DNA of 64,000 bases from Raja brachyura (lineage: Eukaryota): the NCBI GenBank assembly GCA_963514005.1, contig OY740795.1, positions 806,001-870,000 of the forward strand, read 5' to 3'. Below, one piece after another: positions 50,490 to 63,309 of the stretch. Every line of letters begins with the position of its first letter. The stretch's first letter is position 1. Position numbers and translations under genes: made by a program. The notes below the pieces were generated by a model that saw only the letters and a program-made list of their open reading frames with translations, was not told the DNA's origin and ran no database searches.

Positions 50490-52680
50490 CAATATTGTCC
50501 GCTATTTGCTTCCAATATTGTCTATTGTCTATTGAGCTGGCCAAGGTAAACTGGAAAGCGATCCTAGCAGGAATGGCGGTGGAACAACAATGGCTGGAAT
50601 TTCTGGGCATGATCCGGAAGACGCAAGATCATTTAATTCCAAAAAGGAAGACAGATTCTACGGGGAGTAGGAGGCAACCGTGGGTGACAAGATAAGTTAG
50701 GGATAGTATAAAACTAAAAGAAAAGATGTATAACACAGCAAATAGTAGCCGGAAGCCAGAGGATTGGGAAACTTCCACTGGACAACAGAAGGAAACAAAA
50801 CGGGCAATATGGGCCGAAAAGATGAAGTACGAGGGAATGCTGGACAGGAATAGAATGAAGGACAGTAAAAGATTATTTACATATGTTAAGGGGAAAAGAG
50901 TAGCAAAGTCAAATGTGGGTCCCTTGAAGGCAGACACGGGTGAAATTATTATGCAAGGAAATGGAAGAAGAGTTGAATAGGTACATCGGATCTGTCTTCA
51001 GTAAGGAAGACATAAACCATCTCCCAGATGTACTGGAGGGCAGAGGCTCTAAGGGGGTAGAGGAACTGAAAGACATTTCCATTGGGCGATAAATAGTTTT
51101 GGGTAGGCTCATGGGCCTAAAGGATGATAAATCCCCTGGGCTTGATAGTCTGCATCCCAGGGTCCTCGGTGAGGCGGCTCTCGAAACAGTGCAGGCATTG
51201 GTGATTATTTTCCAACGTTCAATAGATTCATGATCAGTTCCTGTGGATTGGAGGATAGCTAATGTTATCCCACTTTTCAAGAAACGAGGAGAGAGAAAAC
51301 GGGGAATTACAGACTAGTTAGCCAGACTTCGGTGGTGGGAAAGATGCTGGAGTCAAGTATTAAAGAGGTAATAATGGATCATTGGTATAGCAGTAAAATG
51401 ATTAGTCCAAGTCAACATGGATTATGAAAGTGAAATCATGCTTGACTATTTTTTGAGGATATGACAAATACAATGGATGAAGGGGGGCCAGTGGATGTAT
51501 TGTATCTGGACTTTGAGACATCCTTTGGTTAGGTCCCGCACGGCAGACTGGGGAGCAAATTTAGGGCACACGGTATTGAGGTTGCGGTGTTGATATGGAC
51601 AGAAAATTGGTTGGCAGACAGAAAGCAAAGAGTAGGAGTGAACGGGTCCTTTTCAGAATGGCAGGCCGTGGCGAGTGGAATGCCCGGTGTTGGGGCCTCA
51701 ACTGTTTACCATATATATTAATGATTTTGCGGAGGGGGTTATGAGCAACACGGGTAGGTTTGCGGATGAAACAAAGCTAGGTGGCAGTTTGAATTATGAA
51801 GAGGATGTTAAGAGGTTGCAGGGTGACCTGGACAGGTTGAGTGAGTCGGCAGATGCGTGGCAGATTCAGTATAATATCGATAAATGTGAAGTTATCCACT
51901 TTGACGGCAAAAACAAGGGGGCAGATTATTATCTCAATGGGGCTGGTTAGGTTAGGTAAGGAGGAGGTGCAGCGAGACCTGGGTGTCCTTGTACATCAAT
52001 CTGAAAGTTGGCGTGCAGGTACAGTAGGCAGTGAAGAAAGCTAACGGAATGTTGTCCTTCATAACAAGAGGATTTCAGTATAGGAATAAAGAGGTTCTTC
52101 TGCAGAGGTATATGTCTCTGGTGAGACCACATCTGGAGTACTGTGTACAATTTTGGTCCTAATTTGAGGAAGGACATCCTAGTGATTCAGGCAGTGTAGC
52201 GTAGGTCCACGAGATCGATCCCTGGGGTGGTGGGACTGGCATATGAAGAGAGATTGAACAGACCGGGCTTGTATTCACTGGAGATTAGAAGGACGAGGAA
52301 GGACTTTATAAAAACATATACAGTATAATTATAAAAGGACTGAACAAGCTGGATGCAGGAAAAAAATTCCCATTGTTGGGCGAGTCCAGAATCAGGCGTG
52401 CACCATTTTAGAATAAAGGGGTTATTGAGACTGAGGTGAGAGTTGCGAATTTGTGGATTCTCTGCCACAAAGGGCAGTGGAGGCCAAGTCACTCGACGGA
52501 TTTAAAATAGAGTTAAATAGAGCTCTTGGGGCTAGTGGAATCAAGGGATAAGGGGAGAAGGCAGACACTGGTTATTGATTGGGGACGATCAGCCATGATC
52601 ACAATGAATGGTGGTGCTGGCTCGAAGGGCCGAACGGCCTCCTCCTGCACCTATTTACTATGTTTCTATATTTCTATGTT
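50490..52680 (+). mobile_element. Degenerate CR1 LINE shared with the GPCR2 block
   Basis: Homologous to 23770-25660. VLGPQLFTIYIND and FADETKLGG. Confidence 0.85.
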
Positions 52681-54084
52681 TCTGTTCGCGACCCTCTGAC
52701 TAAATACCTCATCGTCTCCATCCGAAAAGAACGTCCTTTTATTCTTAAGCAATTACCTCTATTCCAAGACTTAACCACTCGCAGCAACATCCTCTCCACA
52801 CCCACTCTATCCAAGCCTTTCACTATTCTGTATGTTTCAATGTGGTCCCCTCCTCATTGTTCAAATCTCCAGTGTACACAGGCCCAGTGCCGAAAAATGC
52901 TCATCCTAGGTTAACCTACTAATTCTTGGTAAACTTCCTCTGGACCCTCTCCGGATCCAGCACATCCATGCTCAGATATTGTGGCCATAATTGCTGACAA
53001 TATTCCAAATGCGGCCTTCTCGGCGCCTTATACAGACTCAGCATTACAACCCTGTTTTGGATACGAAGCATCTTGAAATAGATGCAGGCATTGAATTTGC
53101 TTTAATTAGTACCGACTCGACTTGCAGATTAACCTTTTGGGAATCCTGCATCAGCACTCCTAAGTCTATTTTCATCTCCGATTTCTGGATTATCTACCTA
53201 TTGAAAACAAATATTCAACGCGTTTTTGCTCCAAACAAAATGCAAGACTCCACACTTTGCTACACTATATTCCATCTTCCACCATCTGCCACTCACCCAA
53301 CCTGGCCAAGTCCTTCTGCAGAGTCCCTGCCCTCTTTGCAGCACCTGACCCTCCTCCTATATTCGTGCCATTCGCAAACTTGGCCACACATCCTTCAATG
53401 CCCTCATACAAAACATTAATATACAACATATCACTAGTCACTGGCAGCCAACCGGATAAAGCCCCCTTTAGTGCCACGTTTTGTCTTCCATCCAGCCAAC
53501 CTGCTCTCCATGCTAGTTAGTATCTGCCCTTTCATTCCGTGGGTTTTCTTCTTCCTTAGCAGCCTCACGTGTTGCCCATTATCAAAGTATTTCTAGAAAT
53601 CTGACTAAACAACATTTACTGACCACCGTTGCCTTGAGTATTTACCTTTTAAAAGGATCACAGAAACATTGTAAAGCAAGACCTCCCCTTCAAAATGCCA
53701 TGCTGACTTCGACCAATTTTATTGTGAACTTCTAAGTACTCCACAACCTTATCCTTTATCGCTAAAACCTTACCAATCACCGAAGTCAGACAAACCAGCG
53801 TCTGGTTCCCACTATTCTGCCTTGATCGCTTCTTGTGCATCGGGGTAATATTGCCAATTTTCCAATCATCTGGGACCACTCCAGCCTCCACTGATTCTTG
53901 AAATATCACTTTGCATGCCTGCAAAACTCTGGAGCCACCTCTTTCAGAACGCTCGGGTGTGGTCCATCTGGCCAGGATGCGCATGCACCTTCAGCCCGTT
54001 CAGCGTCCCAAGCACCTTCTCCAGAGTTGGGGTCAGATGGCCGCGCATCGCGGTCAGTGACAGTGGGACGCTCCCGCGGGTGGA

Positions 54085-54335
54085 GACGGAGGAGAGAGCG
54101 AAGGGGGAGGAAAGGGGAGCGAGAGAATGGAGAGATAGTGCGAGAGAGAGAAGGGAGAGAGAGCGAAGGGAGGGAGAGAGAAGGGAGAGAGAGGGGAGAG
54201 GGGGGAAGAGAGAGGAGGAGAGAGAGAAGAGTGGAGAGAGAGAAGAGGGGAAAGAGGGGAGGAGAGAGAATGGAGAGAAAGAAGTGAGAGAGAGAGGGGG
54301 GAGAGAGAAGAATGGAAAGAGAATGGGAGACGGGA
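54085..54335. repeat. GA-rich low-complexity repeat
   Basis: Directly visible. Confidence 0.9.
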
Positions 54336-56329
54336 GCGAGGGGTTCATTTTCCCACACAAGTCATAGGTGACTGGGCATTCTGAACCCAAGTACCAAGTT
54401 GAAAGCGGCCGAAGGTGCGCATCCCTCGGGACAGCCCCCGCTCTCTCACGCGGTGTGGTAGCATCTGTGAAACCAATCGACATTGGACCATTCGGTGGAG
54501 ACTATTCATCCCGTTAGTTAATTAGTCAGGCTAGTTTATTGTTACGTGTACCGAGCTACAGTGAACAGATCATATTGCGTGCTATCCAGTCGGATGAAAG
54601 ACATTACATGGTTAAAATCGAAACATTTACAGTGTATAGATGCATGATAAGGGAATAAAGTTTAGTGCAACAAAAGCCAGCGCCGGCCGATCAAGGAAAG
54701 CCAGAGGGTCACTAAAGAAGTACACAGTAGTTCAGCACTACCCTCTGGTTGTTGTAGCCCTCTGATTAATTTGCCTGATCACAGCTGGGGCGAAACTGTC
54801 CCTGAATCTGGAGGTGTGCGTTTTCACAATTCTATGCCTTTTTCCTGATGGGAGTGGGAGAAGATGGAGTAGACAGGGCGCAACTCGTCCTTGATTATGC
54901 TGCGAGCCCTGCCGAGGCAGCGTGAGGTTTAAGTACACGGAGGCAATAGAAAGGAGATTGGTAGAGGTGAGCTGGCCAGCATAACGGCGTGAGAGGTAGA
55001 TTTCGGACAAGAACGCATGCGATCGGGGTATAATTTTAAATCTGGGTTCCTTGGCATATACTACCGAGGCCTATCAGGGAAGGAATTGTCGAGATAGCGC
55101 CAGGGATTGGGAGTGATATGTGGAAAGCTCAAAGGACTACGGATGATGGAACCTAAGAAGAAAGGAAGGTGATTGCTTCAAACTGTTGAGGCAGGGATGT
55201 TGTCAAATAGGAACAGTGGTGGGAGGAAAGGAGTGAAAGGTTTGTTTAGTTTAGTTTAGAGATGTAGCATGGAAGGTGCACACTCGGCCCACTGAATCTA
55301 CAGCGCCCATTCACACTACCTTTTTAGCCCACTCTCTCATCCACTCTCTGCACACTGGCATCAAATTGCAGAGGCCGAATAACGTACATATCGGCACATC
55401 GTTGGTGTGCGGGAATACAACGGAGGACCTGGAAGCACACACACGATCATAGGGTGAAAGTGCAATCTTCACAGACAGCTACCGATGTCAGGTACGAACC
55501 CGGGTCTCTGGCGCTATACCATCATCACTGTGGTAATGCGGTGGGAGAAGCATGCAGCTGATGAGGTAGATGGCTTCGGGAACGAATCTGGCTGATAGTG
55601 GGATTGTTCTATTTATAAAAATCGGATGAACACAGTAGATCGGAAATGGACACAAAATGTTGGAGTATCTGACCGGGGCCGGCACATTCTCTGGAGAGAA
55701 GGAATAAGTAACGTTTTGACCAGACCAGAGTGAGGAGTGGTCTGGACCCGAAACATTACCCATTCCCTCTCTCCAGAATGCTGCCTGGCATTTTGTGTCT
55801 ATCTTCGGTGTAAACCAGCATTTGCAGTTCGTGCATTATTTGGATCGTATTTGGATCATTCATCAGGGACCAGGGGTGAAGCTATATCATTTATGCTCCG
55901 ACTATGGGTGTCCAGGCCTGTGGACTCGGAAACATCATGCGGATCTTCGTCGCACTGTTCTTCGTCGTTCAAAATACAAAAGTATAATTCTATTGTATTG
56001 TATTGAATGGCGGAGTCGATTTGATGGGCCGAATCGCCTAATACCGTTATCACTTATGTTCTTCTGATTTTATGAGTGCATGCAGTGGAAATAATAATGT
56101 TATGTTCAAACACTAGATTTTCATGGACGCCCCATCAAATAGAAAAATATGAAGTATTGCTTCTCAAGATCGTCAGGTGCATTTAATGTAGGAAGGAGCC
56201 CAAACAAGAGCGATTAGTGAACAACACAGGCGACAGTGGTCCGGTTTGCGCAGAATCGTTCAGTGATGGCCGCAGACACTGACTGCGTTGTATCCCAAGT
56301 CCTCCAGGCAGCGCCAGGAATATTTTGCG

Positions 56330-57455
56330 CAATTCTAGTCTCCTAATTTGAGGAAAGCCATTATTGCTATTGAGGGAGTGCAGTGTAGGCTCACTGGGTT
56401 AAATCCCGAGATGGCGGGACTGACGTATGATGATCTAACTCCCTCTTAAATATAGCCAATGAACTGGCCTCAACTACCCTCTGTGGCAGAGAGTTCCAGA
56501 GACCCACCACGCTCTGTGTGAAAAAAGTCCTTCTCATCTCGGTCCTAAAGGATTTCCCCCTTATCCTTAAGCTGTGACCCCTTGTCCTGGACATCCCCAA
56601 CATCGGGAACAATCTTCCTGCATCTAGCCTCTCCAATCCCTTAAGAATTTTGTAAGTTTCTATAAGATCCCCTCTCAATCTCCTAAATTCTAGAGTATAA
56701 ACAGAGTCTATGCAGTCTTTGTTCATAAGACAGTCCTGACATCCCAGGAATCAGTCTTGTGAACCTTCTCGGCACTCCCTCTATGGCAATAATGTCCTTC
56801 CTCAGATTTCGAGACCAGAACTGTACGCAATACTCCAGGTGTGGTCTCACCAAGACCCTATACAACTGAAGTAGAACCTCCCTGCTCAAATCCTTTTGCC
56901 ATGAAAGCTAACATACCGTCCGCTTAGATCTAATAGAAACATAAAATTATAGACAACAGACAACAGACATCAGGTACAGGAGTGGGCCATTCGACCCTTC
57001 GAGCCAGCACCGCCATTCAATGTGATCATGGCTGATTATCCCCAATTTGTACCCCGTTCATGCCTTCTCCCCATTTCCCTGACTCCGCTGTCTCCATATC
57101 CAGAGAAGAGCCTTCATCGTCCTCTGAGGCAGATAATTCCACAGACGCACAACTCTCTGTGAGAAAAAAAGTGTTTCCTCGTCTCCGTTCTAAATAGCGT
57201 GTCCCTTATTCTTAAACTGTGGCCCCAGGTTCTGGATTCTCCCAACATCGGGACATGTTTCCAGACTCCAGTGTGTCCAAACCCTTAATCATCGTATATG
57301 TTTCAATAGGATCCTCTCTCATCATTCTGAATTACAGCGTATAGAAGCCTGGCCGCTCCACTCTCTCAGCATATGACACGATCATGTTGAATGGCGGTGC
57401 TAGCTCGAATGACCGAACGGCCTAGTCCTGCACCTGTTTTAGTATGTTTCTATGT
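56330..57455. mobile_element. Nested CR1 3' fragments on both strands
   Basis: ORFs 56391-56889 (LVRPHLEYCVQFW, LEFRRLRGDLIETYK). Confidence 0.8.
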
Positions 57456-57629
57456 TTCTACCTTTACCTGTATACACATGTTGCCGCTGTGGCGCAGCAG
57501 GGCGATGATACGGTGCGCCACTCCGGACATCAGCAGTTCTTGACGTTCTTGAGACACATCTTCACTGCCATTAACCAAAGGCCAGACGAGGGCGCCAGAT
57601 TCATGCAGAGTTGGAAAAGTACGTGGTGA

Positions 57630-58640
57630 TAAAGTCAAAGTCAAAAGTCAAAAGAATTTATTGTCATGTGTCCCTGACAGGACAATGAAATTATTTATTT
57701 GTTTAGCACAACAGAACATAGTAGGCATTGACGACAAAACAGATCAGTGTGTCCAGTTACTATTATATACGTAAATACACACGTGAATAAATCAATTGAT
57801 AAATTGCAAATCACAGAATAAGGGGTATTAATGTTCAGAGTTTTGACAGAGCCAAGTTTAATAGCCAACTGGCTGTGGGAAGCAGCTATTCCTGAACCGG
57901 GTCGTTCAAGTTCTCAGGCTCCTGTTGCTTCTGCCTGAAGATAGCAGGGAGATAGGTGTATGGCCAGGGTGGTGTGGGTCCTTGATGATGCTGCCAGCCT
58001 TTTTGAGGCAGCGACTGCGATAGATCCCCTCGATGGAAGGGAGGTCAGAGGGCGCTCAAGTTTCCGAACCAAGGGCGCTCCAGGGCGCTCAAGTTTCCGA
58101 ACCAAGCCACGATGCAACCGGTCAGCATCCTCTCTGCTGTGCATCTGTAGACGTCAGAGAGAGTAATCCTTGACAGACCTACTCTCCATAATCTCCTCAG
58201 GAACTAGAGGCGCTGATGAGCTTTCTTAGATGTGGCACTTGTGGCTAAAGGGATCAGGGGGTATGGAGAGAAGGCAGGTACGGGATACTGACTTGGATGA
58301 TCAGCCATGATCACATTGAATGGCGGTGCAGGCTCGAAGGGCCGAATGGCCTACTCCTGCACCTATTTTCTATGTTTCTATGTTAATAATTGCATCTGTG
58401 TTCTCGGACCAGGAAAGATCTTCAGGGATGTGCACGCCGAGGAATTTGAAGCTCTTGAACTTTTCAACCATCGACCGTTAATATAAACAGGGTTGTGGGT
58501 CCCCATCCTTCTCCTTCCAAAGGCCAGAATCAGTTCCCGCGTGTTGCTGGAGTTGAGGGCGAGGTTATTCTGCTGGCACCACGTGGACCGGCTATTTCCC
58601 ATGACTGCCGTGTGTCGTCGTGCTGGGGTATCCTTGTTCA
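57630..58640 (-). mobile_element. Rex1/Babar-like fragment with an inserted CR1 tail (~58227-58383)
   Basis: WCQQNNLALN..TRELI on the minus strand and a reversed tttgac tail. The CR1 3' UTR with TTTCTATG tail sits inside it. Confidence 0.7.
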
Positions 58641-61371
58641 ATCCGTTGGCTGGAAAAACACAAGAAAATACTTTGACACTCTTGCCCCCCCCCCCCTCCT
58701 TTTTACGACAGCCTTCCAATCGGGTTCAGTTATAAGATAGTCGTCTGTTTAGGACGGAGAATATTTGATGAAGGTAACTTGCATCGGCCAGCAGTTCGAA
58801 GTAGAATTTGGTCGCAGTCAGAGTTTGAAATTATAAACTTACAATTTGAACCCTGGGAACGTATTGCTTTGTTGCTATTTCATTGTTTACGCATTTCCTT
58901 ACAAGTAGTTTAGTACGCCATCTGGCGGCGCCGTGCACAATTGCTTGCGTTGGGTATTTGTGCCGTGTTTCTTCATCAACGTGGAGTCCATTGCACAAAT
59001 ATACATGGCGGAGTCGGTAATCTCCGACGCGCGGATCATTTACTTATTGCAACATACGAGGAATTTCATTTCCCAAGGGATTCATACAAATAATATAGAA
59101 AGCAACAGAAGACACAAAATACATTTTAACATAAACATCCATCACAGTGACTCCTCCAGATTCCTCACTGTAATGTGGGTAAAACCAAAAGTTAAATCTC
59201 TTCCCTTCTTTGTCCTCCAGCGGTCGGGGGCCTCAAACCTTCCGTTGATAGGAAGATCTTACTCACGTAGCTGGCGGTGGGCCTTCCTCGTCGGGCTGAT
59301 CGGCTCCTGCATCGGTGGGGAATCTCAGTTACCCCGCGCCGGCGACCTGACCTCGGGTCTAGGTTTCTCGAACGTCGTGAGGCTTCCGGTGCATCCCGAC
59401 TCGGTCTCTCCAGAGACTGCGAGCCCTTGATGTTAAAGTCTGCAGGCCGTGGTCGGAGCGTAGATCTAAGGCAATTCCTCTAACTCTAGCGAGTACAGAC
59501 TCGGGCCGTTAAGCGCTGATTATATGCTCACCCATTCCTCCCCTCCCTCTCCAGGGCCAGCACAGCCTTGATCAGATGTGTTGCCCAAAACTTCTCACAA
59601 TATCTCTCTCGCATTACATATCCCACGTTACATAGCACAACCGCTTTAATATTACGTATAGGAAAGAACTGGAAATGCTGGTTTAAATCGAAGGTCGGCA
59701 TAATATGCTGGAATAATTCGGCGGGCCAGGCAGCGCCCCTGGGGAGAAGGAATGGTGACGTTTCGGGTCGAGACCCTTCTTCGTACTCTAGACTCTTCAG
59801 GTATGAATTATGTTTTTCGGATCCGTTTCCCCAAAACGTGGGTAATCGGAGCATTCTGGGACTTACGGCACGTCAGGCTGGTTCCGCATTTCTATTTGAT
59901 CACGGCCGATTGCCCCAATTCAATCCCCTATCCCCCTTCTTCCACTTATCACTGGATCCCCCCGAGCCCCAGGAACAGGATATATCACTGTTTCAACATA
60001 CTAAATGGTACGCTCTTCAGTTTGTATCCATATCCGCAGCAATTCATCATCTACATTGGCCTTGACTATCAGCATAATACTATAAAATTATTGTTGGGAA
60101 ACTGAGAAAACTGCAGCTGCTGGATTACACAAGAAATGCACAGAATGCTGGAGTAACTCAACGGGTCAGGCAGAATATCTGGATAACATGGATGTGGTTT
60201 CAGTTCGGGGCCGTTCTTCTGACTGATTGTGGTGAGGGGGGAGAGGAGAACAGTCGAAAGAGAGGAGGGTTAGGGTAAACCCTGGCCATATTTAAGGGGA
60301 CACAGACGAGAGGGGAGGTTGATAGGCAACTAGTTGGATAAAGCCCAGAGATAGACAATATATAATAGACAATAGGTGCAGGAGCAGACTATTTGGCCCT
60401 TCGAGCCAGCACCGCCATTCAACGTGATCATGGCTGATTATCCCCAATCAGTACCCCGTTCCTGCCTTCTCCCTTTATCCCCTGATTCCGCTATTTTTAA
60501 TATCCCTATCTACCTCTCTCTTGATATCATCCAGAGAACCTGCCGCCACCGCCCTCTGAGGCAGATAATTCCACAGATAAAAAGACAGAAACCCTGACAC
60601 ACAAAGGAGTAAACAGCCGGGAATTGTGAAGCTCCTTCCAGTGTTCTACGGCCAGTCCCAACCCCACCAGCACTACAATCAGTCAGAAGAATGGTCCTTA
60701 CCCGAAACTTCACCCATCCATGTTCTCCAGAGATGCGACCTGGTTCAATGTGTTGGGGGGCGGGGGGGGGGGGGATAACGTACGTCTATTTATGAGAGGC
60801 TTCAAGAAAAGTCCTAGTACAAATGCGCCAGTTGATGAGGGAAAAGTCGTACACAGTACATGTCCAGCAGGGCGTGTTATAAAGTGCCGCTTAGTTGGCT
60901 GCTCTGGAACCGTAGCACGAAGTCCAGGTGGATCTTGCTAAATGGGTAGAAAATCAGCTTCAAGGGAGAAAGCAGAGTAGGATGGCGGAAGATATTTTTT
61001 TCGGATTGGATGCCTGCGACTAGTTGTGTGCCTCAAGGATCAGTTCTGGGCCCATTGCTGTTTGTCATTTATATCGAAGATTTGGACGAGAATGTAGCAG
61101 GCATGAATAGAACGTTTGAGGATGACGCCACGGTAGGTGGAGTCGTAGAGAGCGATGATGATTATCAAAAGCCACATGAGGATCTTAATCAGTTCAACAA
61201 GCGGGCCGAGCAATGGTTGTTGAATTTTAATTAGGATAAGTGAGAGGTTTGGGTTTTTGGGAAGTCAAACAGGGCAGGGCCTTTACGGCGAATAGCAGTG
61301 CCGTGGGGAGCACTGCAGGGCCACGGACTCCAACTTCCCGTCACGCCAACTATCTGCTCCCTGAAAGAAAG

Positions 61372-62921
61372 ATGGAAATGCTGCTTTCTTTCATATTTTG
61401 TGCATGTTTATTCCGTAGGTACCTTTAAAGCAAAAGTGAGGTGAACGTCTGTGATTTGTCTGTAATATTCACAACGTTCGTGAAATTTTCAAAGAGTCCG
61501 GGAGTAGTGTTCACAATCGGCCTGGCGACTGGGGCTCGTAAAATCCATGGACTCCCCGAGTACCGTCTGTTTTGAGTTGCGTGTACTTGCTGAGCACTTC
61601 AATATGAAAAATGAGTTAGGGCAGGATATTTGCCATGTGCGTCATTGTGTTTTTATTCGTAGCAGTTAATTCAATCTGATGTCTGCCACGGTCGTCTCCC
61701 TAGACCTTGCTGGGTTCAATCACGATCACAGCCAATGGGTGCTGTGAGCTAAAGGACCCATTGTGGAAAAATCTATTGTTGCAACGACACGATGCAGCGC
61801 TTAAAGTCCTTGGATTGGCCGCATTTGTTGCGTTGCCGCCAGTTCCCATCGCCTAATTGATGGAAAAGCGTGGAGGTTTTGGTTAGGATGCAGGCCAGGA
61901 TTACCAGAATACTCGTTGGAAGGAACTGAAGATGCTGGTTTTAACGGAAGATTGAGTATCTCTAGCTCTGTACCCAGAATACTACTTGGATTAAAGGGTG
62001 CTAACATTCAGGATAGTTGGGGCAGAGTTGGCTTGTTTCCCATGGATTGTCAGGGGCTTCGACCTGATTAAAGCATATGAACTTATGAGAGATATGGAAA
62101 GTGTAGGCATTCAGAACGGGTTTTTTCTATCACACGGTGGAATTATTAAAGATTAAATGCCCCACCATTAAGGTGAAGGGGGCAAAACGCAAACGATATG
62201 TACGGGTTAATTATGGAAAGAGCGATAAGTACATGGGACATGCTGCCGGGGATGGTGACAGAGGCGATATGACAGTGGCTTTTAAGAGGCTTTGAGATAA
62301 ACACACGGACATGCACGGAAAGGACAGATGTGAGTGATTTACAGGAGATACGATTAGTTGAGCTTTGCATCATGTTCGGCACAGACATTACTGCCTGAAC
62401 GGCTTGTACCGATTCTGTCCGTATTTCTGTTCTATGTTATCCTTCGCAGCTGATGTTTTCTGAAACAAGGAGCAATATTATGTAAAAGTGTGTTTTGTCC
62501 GCATGTCAAAACTTCCCATTTGTTCGGCGGTAACACTAAAAGGTTAAGCATGTTTCCCTTCCATCGTCTAACGGCCCCTATTTTTCTCTTGACACGGAAT
62601 CTAATTCACAGGACATGGCGCTGGGGATTCGGTGACTCAGAGCCAGCCTTTACTGAGACCGAGACAGGGTGACTTGGTGAAACTAACCTGTACCTACAAT
62701 ACTGCAGCATCCACCTATTATTTATATTGGTATCGACAAATTGCCGAGGAAAATCCTGAGTTTATTGTGCTGATACGATCTTGGGACCAACGGGAAACAC
62801 TGGGAGACATATTAGAGAAACGGTTCTCCACGGATCTCCAGAAAGCGACATCATTTGTCCATTTAAATATTTGGGGTCTCCAGCTGACAGACTCTGCAGT
62901 GTATTACTGCGCCCTGAGTTC
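61372..62921 (+). CDS. Conventional TCR alpha/delta V gene (leader plus V exon), apparently functional
   Basis: Leader exon 61372-61414 MEMLLSFIFCACLF with phase-1 donor GTAGGT; intron 61415-62611. V exon 62612-62921 reads RHGAG-DSVTQSQP...LTCTYNTAASTYYLYWYRQ...RFSTDLQK...LTDSAVYYCALS. Open frame. Confidence 0.9.
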
Positions 62922-62960
62922 CACAGTGATTGGAAGCAGTCTCTGCGCAGTGCAATAACC
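62922..62960 (+). promoter_or_regulatory. 23-bp spacer recombination signal sequence
   Basis: CACAGTG + 23 nt (attggaagcagtctctgcgcagt) + GCAATAACC. Confidence 0.93.
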
Positions 62961-63309
62961 GCCTGTGGTGAGCCTTTCTTGTCCTTTTCTGTGTTTCCCA
63001 GGGTTTAAAGAGCTCAGGTGTCGCAGCCGCGTGCAGAGCGCCAATAGGATCGCAGACACACACAGACAGGAAACCTCGGATATACTTGTCAGCCACCGCA
63101 TCCTGGTGAACCAGAGATACTAAGCAAGATTCAAACGACGCGATTTGTTTCAATTCCTTGATCCACACCAATAAAATGTAAAGTGAATAATTGCTAATTC
63201 AACTCCCGTCGCTGCGGAAACTTCTGGTCAGCGGCATAAAACAATAACCCCTCCCTCTTTCTTCGCTCTGTCTCCTGTCAGTTAACCGACCAATTATCCA
63301 TACAAATGG

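Noticed and set aside
55860-55960. FR3-like string (FMLRLWVSRPVDSETSC) followed by CACTGTT
   Set aside because: No YYC, no upstream V framework and no correctly spaced nonamer.
59860-60080. V-like fragments (STYHW..SP; SSSTLALTIS)
   Set aside because: They need several frameshifts, and neither cysteine nor an RSS is present.
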